Assembly: GCA_013239625.1 (NCBI GenBank)
Contig: MU053995.1
Span: 434,001 to 498,000 of the forward strand
Source of the DNA: Lama guanicoe
Taxonomy: Eukaryota
DNA length: 64,000 bases
Reading direction: 5' to 3'
The notes under the pieces were generated by a model. That model searched no databases. It was not told the origin of the DNA and saw nothing but the letters and a program-made list of their open reading frames with translations. Within the stretch, counting starts at the first letter, position 1. Every line of letters begins with the position of its first letter. This document shows, one piece after another, positions 1-10,590 of the stretch. A program made the position numbers and the translations under genes.

Positions 1-1418
1 CGGCAAAGATAAGGAGTTTTAAATAGGTAGTTTTGTACCATATGTATGTCCATAATGAGATGTTAACTTTTATGTATGGTATAAAATTCAGAATGAAGAT
101 CTAGGGTAGCAATAGATAGTTAACTGTTATCAATCCACAGATGGTAAAAGAATGGACATAGTTTGCTAGAGAGGAGAGTGTAGATGAGAAGAGCGGGGAC
201 ATAGTTTTTATAATACTATTAGGATAAGGGCAGAAGGAAACATTCTGTAAAGAAAACAAAGGCCTAATGTCAAGTGAGGAAAGGATAATATTACTATAGC
301 TAAGTAAGTATGAAAGCAGACAGCATATTCAGTAACCCCTCTCCTTTTGTAAATCACCTTAATATGTTCTACAGTCACTTAGTTTTGACTGTCCAAGGGA
401 AGACATTTGTACAAATAACTTTTTCTTGGCAGCTAGGATTTAAACAGAAATTATTCAGATTATTTCACAAACAGATTTAAAGTGAACATACAATTGGTTA
501 TGATGGTTCTATATGTAAAACCCCAAAAAATCATAAAGCTAACTATGTTAAAGCAAAAGTAGAAAAGAAAAAAAAGATTCCCACTTAAACAATCACTGTG
601 TATATCTGTGTAATAGTATATTCTTTCTCAGGATTATGGTTTATTGCTAGTCTAAATACTCTCGTTCTGATTAAATCTCTGCTCTAAAACAATGATTTTT
701 AATGTCTTATTTGGTCCATGCATCCAAAGCATATAACACATTTTTATAAGTATACTTGGTAGTTAAGACAGTGATTATTAGTGGAGGCCAGATGAGTTGT
801 AAGTTGGTCTCTCTGTAATCAGTATTAGCGAACTCTTAAAATACTCAGATATAATTCAGTGATAAATTGGGGTAGCCAAGACCAACAACAGGGCATGATA
901 CTTAAAGCACTTCTCATCCTTCTATCTCCACTTAGGTTTTTAGGTATGCTATGGTACTTATTAACAAACCCAGCACTTTCTTATCTTGCTCTAGACACTA
1001 GAGGACACAGCAGAAACAGAAAAAAAATATTTCAACTAACAAGTTGAAAACACTAAAAAAACAGATGAGAGGACTTTAAAAGCAATGTTTATCATTCTGA
1101 CTCACAGATAAATAGAAATACTAAGTTTAAGGACTAGATGAAAAGCTTTGAAATGCTATGAGAATTTAACTATCCTCAGGAAAGGAAGTCCCAGATTACA
1201 GATAGGGACATGGTTAATTGAATGTATTCATTAATACATTATCATTTTCTATAAAAGATAAGCTGCATCAAAGTAACAATAGTGAATATATAAAGTAGGT
1301 AGCATCTACAGAAAGAAAAAAATACTAATGTACACAATGTAGCAGATTTCAGTAACAAGCCTTTCTAAATTAAAATTTTTATTGCATGTAGAATAAAAAT
1401 AGAGGTAAATATCATTAC

Positions 1419-1508
1419 CTAATAGCTGCTATTCCATGTACAACACCACTAATAAGGACTACAGGGAAGAAATAGGTCAGTGGTTCATGGCAAATTTATA
1501 CCTAAAAC
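1419..1508 (-). pseudogene. MBTPS2Y: MBTPS2-like exon 4 (90 nt, frameshifted, active-site motif deleted)
   Basis: aaacag|GTTTTAGGTATAAATTTG...GCAGCTATTAG|gtaatg. Reads VLGINLP*, then in a shifted frame [20 protein letters not shown] vs recalled [35 protein letters not shown]. Confidence 0.92.
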
Positions 1509-3289
1509 CTGTTTACAGACACAATGATAAACACACATTAAGGCACCAAGAGACCGCAATGTTTACTCTGTATTAAACTTATACATCCAAGCTGAATGTC
1601 CTACTGAAATTAAAATTCAAGGCAGTACGTAAAGCATTTGAAATATTTAGTTAGTTGTGCTACGCATATATATGAAAAACTGTGAGTTGCCTTGTAAATA
1701 AGTGCTACTTTTCTAAAATGCTGTATACATGTGTATCATTGTACATACATGGAAGTTTGCTATTATAATAGGTACGTTGTACATTTTTTTAAAAAGTCAA
1801 GAATCTTTTAAGATAATCAGTCCCAAGTTGTTTTATCAGTTAAGAAGAGATTCTATAAATCAGGCTAAGTGGGCACACTTAAAGTAAACTTATATACACC
1901 TGCTTCTCATAGTGCAGGATTCTGAACTCAAAGTTATCCTTCTGAGAAAATTCTCTCCTTTATCAGATAATATAAATAAGTTGTTTTTTAAACTGAAGTA
2001 TAGTTAGTTTACAATGTTGTGTCAATAACTGGTACACAAGTTTCTTTTATTTTTAATAAATCAAATTTTATGTAGTCAAATCTAACAAATCAACCATTGT
2101 TTCTGGTATTAATTCTATGTCTACATTGTCTTCCCCATACAGATTTCAAACACAAATAGACATCTTTTTAAAAAGTTTTTATGATTTCGTGTTTTAATTT
2201 TAATTCAATTTGCGTATGTTTTTATTTACAACAGAAGGATTTGATTTTTTGAACTCTTTAAGTAATTAAAGAGGAAATTCAAGCAATGCTGCTTGAATCT
2301 CTTTCTAAGTTTGACTCCAAATGTCCTTGCCCCAGTTATTAAACTAGTTTTACAAAAATTTTTAATGTACATGTAATAGTTCATTGAATGACAAGCCCAT
2401 AATTTAGCCACTTGTAGTATTTTGTTAACTTTCAATTCTTCATAATACCAAATAATATTAAGATAAAGAGGGATACTTTTTTCTATATATGGAGGTGTTT
2501 TCCTTAAGCTAGAGTTCCAGATTTGGAGAGATGAAGAATATGGACCTTTTTGTGACACTTATTATATTAAATGCTCTTTATTAAGACCTGACTAAACAGC
2601 TTTTTTCAGCAACATCAATTCCCTTTATTACATTCCCAAGTTGTCAGGAGTCTTCTTGCTCAATCCAGTAGTTTTCCTTCCATAACTGCTCTCTAAATTC
2701 ATGTGCTTAAGACTAATTTTCATTGCAAAGTATTTAGATTATATTACCTTTATTTCAAGTAAATCTGTAAATTTGCTCTATTAGGATACTAATTTCATTC
2801 CATTATTATTTTAAGGATAGAACAGAGTTATGGATGTATGAAGTTTACTTGAATGTGTGCGTACAGCAATAAAATGATCTTATTTGGTGGCAACATTACT
2901 TGATTGCCCATCTGTCTCTTGCCATGATAGGAGAATTTTACATGTACCAGAATACTACCCTGTCAACAAGACAAAGTACTAGCTACTGGAGAATTAATAG
3001 TGAACAACACTGTACATAATTACAGAGGAAATAGAAAATATGTTCTCCAAGGTACAAAAACATAACCAAATTCATGAGACATAACATTCTTAAACTTACA
3101 CATAAATATGCATATTGGAACAAAGATGGTAACTGATTCCTTAATGGTTCCAATGCACAAGTCTCTTAATAGAGACAACATTTTTGTGAGCTTTATGAAT
3201 AAGCTCAGTGGGAAAAAGAAGAAATAATTTATTCTCTAAAACACAGATCATTTTGCCATACTAAACCTAACTGATAGGGAAACTAATGA

Positions 3290-4245
3290 TACATTACCTT
3301 CAAGCTTGCTTCTTTCAGTTGAATTCTCTTTCTTGGTAAACAATAACCAACTGTATAAACTAAGAGTGATCCTTCCATCTTCCTCCAGCCCAGCTGGTGA
3401 TTTAATTAATCACCAAGCTGTGAAAACTCCACTCTGAAAGATTGCTTGAATCCATCTCCTTCATTGTCCTTGACACTAATTTAGGTTAGGTGCTTATCAC
3501 TTAGAATATAAATTACTCCAACATCCCCCTTAAATGCTGTTTAGCCTCATCTTACTTTGGTCCATTTTATATTTGTTATGCTCAGCCTGTATAAATGAAA
3601 ATTCCTGAATGTTATTTGGTATTTGTCCTCTACCTATATCCTCTGTCTTACTTTCTGTACTATTCCATTCTTTTGCCATCACTCTTAACCTTTCACCATC
3701 ACACTTCTCTTAGCTGTGAGTCAAAATTCCTGAAAAATTACTGTTCTTTCTTAAAAAGAGTATAGTATAATATGCTTTGTCTCTGAGTTCAGTGACTGAT
3801 GGACCCACCACTTACCAGCTGTTATTCAACATCATCATGCCTTGATTTCCTCATCTGTAAAACAGAGATATGAACAATAATTTGCTTAGCATTGTTTTAA
3901 GAATAAAATAAAGTGGGCACAAAATACTCACACAGAAAACACTGCCTATTTACTAGACTTTATTGTTACTATTAGTTACCTCTCTGTACTATATAGTTCC
4001 TTCTCCACCTTCTTTTTCCAGGATACATAGACTTTTCTCATCGTTTCCTCCAAGGTCTCCTTTATTCTCTTCCCAGGTGCCCGGGATACACAGACTTCTT
4101 TCTTTTTGTTCTCACAGCTCTTGTAGCACATACCAGCTATTTCTACATAGCAAAATCTTCATGAGGCCTAGGATTAGATTTTTTTCTCATATAAGCAGAA
4201 TCCAGCAAATGGTCAGTGTTCACTCAATAAATATTTACTGAAGAA
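3290..4245. mobile_element. Degraded L2 and MIR fragments
   Basis: MIR core-like CCTTGATTTCCTCATCTGTAAAACAGAGAT at ~3840-3870; L2 3'-end-like CACTCAATAAATATTTACTGAA at ~4221-4242. Confidence 0.6.
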
Positions 4246-4736
4246 GTAAATCATTTCTTCTGAGGTATTTCATAGCTAATTTTTTTTAGCATCTAAGAGT
4301 TATTTGTACAGAAGAAATTCTTTACTATTCTCTTCAACTGAGCTCTAAATACCTCATAATAATCAAGCTGAATAGAGGCCACAATACATAAAGTTTTAAA
4401 ACTGTGTTACTAATTCTTAGTAGCTTATTATCTTTATAAGTAATGATTAAAAATATAACAGATGCCTCATGGAAATCAAATATACAAATATGAAACTGGA
4501 AATAAAGTTAGAAATAAAGGTGAATGGTGAATGTTAGAACACCTTTAACACACTTGAGATGTGAAATGATAAGGTACCGGTAAGCACATATACTTTAAAG
4601 TAAAATTATTACAAAGACCTTAGAATCTAGAGAGTATGATACCAAATTATTGTTCATGTCACAAAATTACAACGTTCATTCAAGTTCTTAACATCTTTAA
4701 ATAGATGGATATTATTAATTACTGTAAATTACACTC

Positions 4737-5230
4737 TATGGTAAGCATCTCTCAAAGATTTCAGCCTCCTTTGTGTAATTCCTTCCTTGAGTGGACTTAA
4801 TGACTCGTTTCTATCAAAAAAAAATATGGCAAGAGTGATCCTAATTGTGATTCGTATATAAAACACTGCAGCTTACATCTTACTCGTTATTACCTTGTGG
4901 TGTACATGTTCTCATGATGCAAGCTGCCCTATGGATAGGAACATGTGATAAGAAACTAAAGGTGACAACAACTAACAATGAAATGATGGGCTGCATGTAT
5001 CAATTCCCCAACAACTGAACTGTACCAACAACCACTAAGTGAGCTTGGTAGTGGATCCCACTCTGTGTTACCCTTCAAATAAGAGGGTAGAGACTGAGCC
5101 AAAATCTTGACAAAATCTTGAAGCAGAGGACCCAAATAACTTGTGGCTGGACTTCTGACTGCTGATTCACAGAATTTGTTATTTCAAGCCTCTGTAAAAG
5201 GAATAATTTATTACATACTAATAAATACTA
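4737..5230 (+). mobile_element. MaLR LTR (MLT1F-like)
   Basis: MLT1-type segments GTAATTCCTTCCTTGAGTGGACTTAATGACTCGTTTCTA, AACTGAACTGTACCAAACAACCAC..GTGAGCTTGG and TTGTTATTTCAAGCC. Confidence 0.6.
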
Positions 5231-5607
5231 AAGATTCTGAAAACCATAAAGAGAAAAAAGGCAAGCATTTTGCATCCGATTAAAATGCCATACTACATTT
5301 TATTGATTTTAAGTAAGCAGGCTTAGTTTCAACCTTTCAATATCTCAAGAAAATATGAATCCAACTGACTATTCACTAATTGGCAGTAGTCTGAATACTG
5401 GTCCACTTGTTCTGCTACTAGTTAATACTGCAATAATTTTTAGTAATTCCTTCCATATTCTTACTAATGTTTATTGAAAAACACTTATTTTGAAATACTG
5501 TAAGACAATTTATTTTCATATGTTTATTGTGGGTAGAGGTTATATAACATAATGTATTATTTTATATCTATACTTAAACTTATTTAGTTTAAAAGAAGGT
5601 CACTTAC

Positions 5608-5805
5608 CACAACTTGGCACCTGTTCGCTATGCATTGAAAAGGACAAGGAAGAAGAGAAGGAAGAAGAAGAAGAGGAGGAGGAAGAAAAGGAGGAGGAAG
5701 AGGGCAAGTCAGGCATCATTTGCACCAGTTTGTGTTAGCATTTTTCCAAGGAGGAAAAAAGAGCTAAATATGGTAGCTACTCCAAACACCATTCCACAGT
5801 TGAAC
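5608..5805 (-). pseudogene. MBTPS2Y: MBTPS2-like exon 3 (poly-Ser exon, 198 nt, frameshifted)
   Basis: Acceptor ttttccttttgacag and donor GTG|gtaagt are intact. Reads [26 protein letters not shown], shifts frame to QMMPDLPSSSS...SMHSEQV, then shifts again to QVV. Matches recalled [37 protein letters not shown]...LHNEQVLQVV. Confidence 0.92.
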
Positions 5806-5920
5806 CTGTCAAAAGGAAAATCACACAAATGAACAATTCCTTATTACTCAAATACTAAAATAAATATCAGCTATATTTTAAGCCTCAAGATACTATCTAA
5901 AAATTCTACAATTCTGCTTC

Positions 5921-6054
5921 TTTTTCTTTTTTTTGGGGGGGGTGGGTGGTTAGGTTTGTTCGTTTGCTTATTTACTTAACAGAGGTACAAGGGATTGAAC
6001 CAAAGACTTCATACATACAACCACAACCGTACCAGTGAACTATACCCACTCCCC
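5921..6054 (-). mobile_element. Degraded tRNA-derived camelid SINE (Vic-1-like)
   Basis: Reverse strand reads GGGGAGTGGGTATAGTTCACTGGTAC...GGTTCAATCCCTTGTACCTCTGTTAAGTAAATAAGC..AAACCTAA..CCCCCCC, then an A tail. Short tgcttc repeats flank it. Confidence 0.75.
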
Positions 6055-6289
6055 TGTGCTTCCTTAATTCACCTTTATTTCACCTATTTGACTAAAGCAT
6101 TTGCACTAATCTATTGCCATAAACTATGAAAACTGAAGAAGCTGAATATAGTTCCCAATTTAAAAAAACTGTTTACTTTCATGTTCTTTATTTATATGTG
6201 TGTGTGTGTGTGTGTATGGCTATTTTGATTCAGTTTTCAAATATTTATGAAGTCTCCTTCAAGTGAAATGACATCACTCATTTATTTAG

Positions 6290-6780
6290 CTTGTCTTGTC
6301 AGTTTATTAAATGATAAAATATAGTGATAATTTCCTTTTTGTAACTGTTTTAATTATTAAAAGTTATCCTTCCACTACTGGGAATAACCTTTTCTATTAA
6401 CACTCTAATAACATTTGTAACTAACTTTTGAATAAGTTACATATTTCAATAACTTATCCATTTCATCCAACTTTCCAAATTAATAGGTTTATAATAATCC
6501 TATTATTTTCAATGTCAGTGAAATCTGTAGAAATGCCCTTTTTTCAATGCTAATTTTTGGTAATTTATTTTTCCTTTTTTTCTTGATCAGTCATGCTATA
6601 GCTTTTATTATTTTACTTAAACTTTTCAAAAACAACTTCAGCTTTGCTGATTTTCTCTAGTCTATGTCTATTTTGTATTTCATTTATTTCTACTCTAATC
6701 TTTATCATCTCCTTCTATTTCCTCTGATTTTATTCACTATGGCATTTTTTTGCTAACTTTTATAATGATTTGTTTGCTCC
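6290..6780 (-). mobile_element. Old L1 ORF2 fragment
   Basis: T-rich antisense L1 motifs, e.g. TTTCATTTATTTCTACTCTAATCTTTATCATCTCCTT. Confidence 0.6.
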
Positions 6781-7122
6781 AAATGGAACAAAAATAATAG
6801 TGCATTTAGACAAAGTCCTCCCATCTCCCTGAATACTAAAAATGAAAAAAAACTGTCAGTCTCTAGAGATCCCAGACATTACGGTAAACCTTCAACCATG
6901 AACTCCTTAAGAAGCATAAACTTCTTAATTTCTAAAATATGTGAAATCAAAATTATACACTCCTTTGGGTTAACAGAAAACATGTATGGATATATGTAAA
7001 CTGTCAACAATTTAAAATTTGGTAGAGTAAAAAAATGACAGAAATAACAAATTCAGCACACTATTTCTCATGATCACAACGAAAAATTTAAACCAAAACA
7101 AAAGAAAAATCATTAAGAGTAA

Positions 7123-7271
7123 CACTGGTAAAATATCCTCCCTTTCCGCCGTCCCCAGTTGGTAAAGGCATAATTGAAAACAGCTGTTTGCCATCTTATA
7201 TGGAAAGGGTAGATGCTCAATCCATTGTTTTCCAGCCAGTGTTCATAAGAATGCTTCAAGTAGACAGATGA
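7123..7271 (-). pseudogene. MBTPS2Y: MBTPS2-like exon 2 (149 nt)
   Basis: Acceptor tctttctttctag. Open frame [50 protein letters not shown] vs recalled human [50 protein letters not shown]. Donor position reads TTACTC. Confidence 0.93.
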
Positions 7272-7699
7272 CTAGAAAGAAAGAGAACTTCCGCATCACT
7301 CAATTTTGAAGAACAATTTGTAATATTTGAGAAAAGCAAACAAGTATTTTCTACTGTTAATAATGATACTGACTACCCAGATTTACAATTTGAACTCTTT
7401 CTGTTCAGTCTTGAGCATCTAGACAGAAGATGTTAAAGGCTCTATGTTTACTCCAAAAATTTTGTTTCTACAGAAGAGTACGAGTCTGGTACTACAGTTT
7501 AAAAAGATCCCCAAACAAGGCATGGGAAGGGATAAGTTACTGACTTACAAAAAGGCTACTTGGAATAAGTGCTCTCTATTTTTTACTGAACAACTACCCC
7601 CAATAAACTAATCTGCTTTTGATTACATGAATTATTTGAAGTCTCTTAAATTCTCTTGAGGTTTGGTGGGATAACTGCTTAAATCTTATAAAACCCAAA

Positions 7700-9330
7700 A
7701 GAATGTTACTCTCAAAAAAGAAAAAAAAGGTAAAATCTGACAGGACTAACTGTAAGGAGAAAAAGACCAATTCACAATTACAATTGGAGATTTTGATATC
7801 CCACTTTTCTTTATTAATAGAACAACTTGGCTGATAATCACAAATGATATATTAGATTTAAACTGCAATCAATGAACTTCACATGATCAATGTTACAATA
7901 CATTACTAACATTAGAATAAATATTTTGAAATGCACATAAAAACATTTAGCAAGACAGATCATACTCGGACATACAAAGGTCTAAGTAAATTTTGAGTTT
8001 TTCAAATCATAGAAAATAGTCTTTAGATTACAATATAATCAACCAAGAAATCAGTAATAAAATGAAAGACCTTTGAAAAACCTCAAATATTTGGAATCTA
8101 AGAAACACTTTTAATTAGTCTTGTATTACTTTTCTATATGTGCGAAAACAAATTACCAGAAAATCAGTGGCTTAAAACAAAACTTATTTATTATACTGCA
8201 TGTCCGATGTCTGACAGGGCTTTCACTAAGCTGAAGACAAGGTATCAGCAGGGTTGTGTGTCATTCTGGAGGCTTAAGTGAAAATTCATTCTCATGTCTT
8301 TTTCAGATTTTACAGGCAACCACAATTCCTGGGTTCACAGATCTCTTCCTCTTATCTTCCAAACAACAAAACTGCATCTCTCTCTGACTTTCTAATGGCA
8401 TTACATGTCTCTCTGGCCAAACTATTTTTAAGGTATCCTGTGATTAAAGTGGGGTGGTCCAGAAAACACAAGATAATCTCAATGACCCAAGGTCTGTACT
8501 TAATTGTAAAACAGCATATTTTATTAAGAATATGTGATTCTCCATGGATCAAAGAAGAACTTAAACAAGCGTTAGAGATAATTTTGAACTTCACAGAAAT
8601 GAAAGCACATTATATAGCATTTAGGAATGCTATTGAAACCATACTTGGGGGCAGGAGAGATGTACAGCTCTGAAAATACATTTAAAAAGGAACATCTCAA
8701 GTCATTTTCAACTCACCTTAAGAAACTAGAGAGAAGAAAAGCCAATTAACTGCAAAGGAAGCAGAAAATGCTAAAGATCAAAGTGGATGTCGATAAAATG
8801 AACACATTTGAGAATAATCAACAAAAATCAAAAGCTGATTGTGAGGTTAGTAAAACTGATAAATCCCTAGCTAGAATAATGAGAGAAAAAAGAAAGCACA
8901 AACTGCAAATAAAAGAAGTGAGTTTACATCATTACAATTCTATAAATATCATAAGACTAATATGAACATTTACACCGATAAATGATGAAGGCAACTAATT
9001 CACGAAAGACACAAACTACCATCTAGTGTCTTCTCCTAGGTATTTATGCGAAGGAAAAAAATGTGTGTAAAAAGACATTTACAAAATGTTAATGAGAGCT
9101 TTGTTTGTTAATAGAGCCAAACTGTTTAACTATCCACATGTTCAACAGATGAAAGGATAACTTGGTGTTTGTATGCAACAGAATACTTCAAAATAGTAGA
9201 CGAAATGACGTGGTCAATCCAAAAAATTATGGTAAGTGAAAGATTACAGACTCCCATCTCTCTCCCCCCAAAGAGTATATATGACATGGCTTCATAATAT
9301 ACAACTTAGGAAAACGTACGCTAGAGAGAC
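7700..9330 (+). mobile_element. Old L1 fragments (endonuclease region to 3' end) interrupted by an MLT1 LTR at ~8122-8500
   Basis: L1 EN-like ACAATTACAATTGGAGATTTTGATATCCCACTTT and CCATGGATCAAAGAAGAA. MLT1 start TGTATTACTTTTCTAT...AACAAATTACCA...AGTGGCTTAAAACAA. Confidence 0.65.
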
Positions 9331-9589
9331 AGGAGCAGAGCAAAGAATGCCCAGGGATAAAGAATGAAAAAGCTTGGGAGACGGGAACCTTGTATGACTT
9401 TACGATGCATCTTAAACTTTCAGACCAGTGCTCTAAATTGATTTTATTCACTTCCAATGTCAGCGTCTCGAGAGGGTTGCGATCTTAAAAAGTGGCTCTG
9501 CTAATTCAAAGTTTTATTTCCCCGCACCCTCCAGAGAATAACAGAGTCCTGTACTGGATGAGAGTGCTGCAGTGTCTGCACCTCCCAGT

Positions 9590-10075
9590 ACTGCGACGTA
9601 CCCCTACCGTCAAGCGTGACAGGGTAAAGGCCTTGTGCGATGCACACACTTGGGTTGGGTTCCTTGCAGCTCATTCATGGGCCTCAGGCTTAAGCCCCTC
9701 AACTTCAGCGCCAAATCGGTTAAGTAGACCGTAGCCCAGCCGCCCACAACCACCACTACCAGCCATACAGGGATCATGGCGGTGGCGGTGCAACTGTGCC
9801 TTCCCTGCAAGCAGCAACCAGCGGATCCCGCGGCTCCTTCAGTACTTGCATCCGCGTAGCAACCAAGTTGTTACAAATTCCTTTCCGGCGGTGACGCTGT
9901 TTCCCTACGGAACCGTCGGCTTGGGACACACAACTAAAAGTTCGAGCAATGAAAAAGGGGCCGGGCTTCTCTACGTTGGCGTTGGTGCCTCGCTGTCTAA
10001 GAAAACAGTTGGGCTTCATTCCCAGTTCTCTACCAACTTGTTCTATAGTGATTTCTTGGATTTTGGCCCTCGTGC
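9590..10075 (-). promoter_or_regulatory. CpG-rich promoter/exon 1 region of the MBTPS2-like locus
   Basis: Roughly 25-30 CpGs by hand count in ~480 bp against a CpG-depleted background. ETS-like CCGGAA (minus strand, ~9883-9888), TGACG half-CRE, and RFX-like GTAGCAAC (9856-9863). Confidence 0.7.
9703..9777 (-). pseudogene. MBTPS2Y: MBTPS2-like exon 1 coding part (75 nt)
   Basis: GCCACCGCCATG start context. Translates [25 protein letters not shown] vs recalled human [25 protein letters not shown] (21/25 identical). Followed by TTGAGGG instead of a GT donor. Confidence 0.93.
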
Positions 10076-10339
10076 CTGCCTACTCCTCATGGTCACAGGT
10101 TCTTTGTAATGTTTACCGTTCTGTTATTTTTAATCTAGTGAAGGTGTGGAGTCAGTTGAAGTAATAACCATGTCTGCCTTCCCAACCTTTGTGCCATGTT
10201 TATTATTTAATTCCTTCCTTTTATATTTAAAAATCATATATATAACATTAGTGTATATGTAATATGTGTAATGTAACATATAATACAATGTATAATATAT
10301 GAGGTATAATATATGTATGATATAATACAAAAAATATAT

Positions 10340-10590
10340 GTAAAGATCAATAGTCAACCAACCCTGAAAAGCCAACCTGCTATTTGGAAGTGAGGCCATC
10401 ATCTTTAACAACCAGCTCAGAGTACCAAACAATAACACCTGTAATAATTAGCCTCAGAGGACCAGTACTTCATTAATAACTCAGTTTCCCTGATTTTTGC
10501 TCTGCTATCAATTTAGAACCAACCAGAGTAAACCAAATTCACCCACCAACCCATCACATTCGATGTCTTGCCACCCCTCTGTCTGCCTTT
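10340..10590 (+). mobile_element. ERV1 LTR fragment (MER34/MER39-like)
   Basis: Motifs AAGCCAACCTGCTA, AAACAATAACACCTGTAATAATTAGCC and TTCCCTGATTTTTGC...AATTTAGAACCAACCAGAG resemble recalled MER34/39 LTRs. Confidence 0.45.

Larger units (their letters stand above)
1419..9777 (-). pseudogene. MBTPS2Y: Unprocessed MBTPS2 (site-2 protease) homolog, exons 1-4; putative Y-linked gametolog pseudogene; any further exons would lie beyond the left edge
   Basis: Four minus-strand exons (9777-9703, 7271-7123, 5805-5608, 1508-1419) translate to MBTPS2-like peptides in the correct order with intron positions kept. Lesions: donors 1 and 2 read TT, exons 3 and 4 are frameshifted, and the HEIGH motif is deleted. 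Homology is from the recalled human protein; Y linkage is inferred. Confidence 0.9.

Noticed and set aside
5608..5720. MHSEQVPSC resembling the BCOR N-terminus (MNSERVRMC)
   Set aside because: Explained by frameshifted MBTPS2 LHNEQVLQVV; the flanking exons match MBTPS2 only.
5614..5832. Plus-strand Lys/Arg-rich, protamine-like ORF
   Set aside because: It is the antisense reading of the poly-Ser tract in MBTPS2-like exon 3; the splice signals and homology are on the minus strand.
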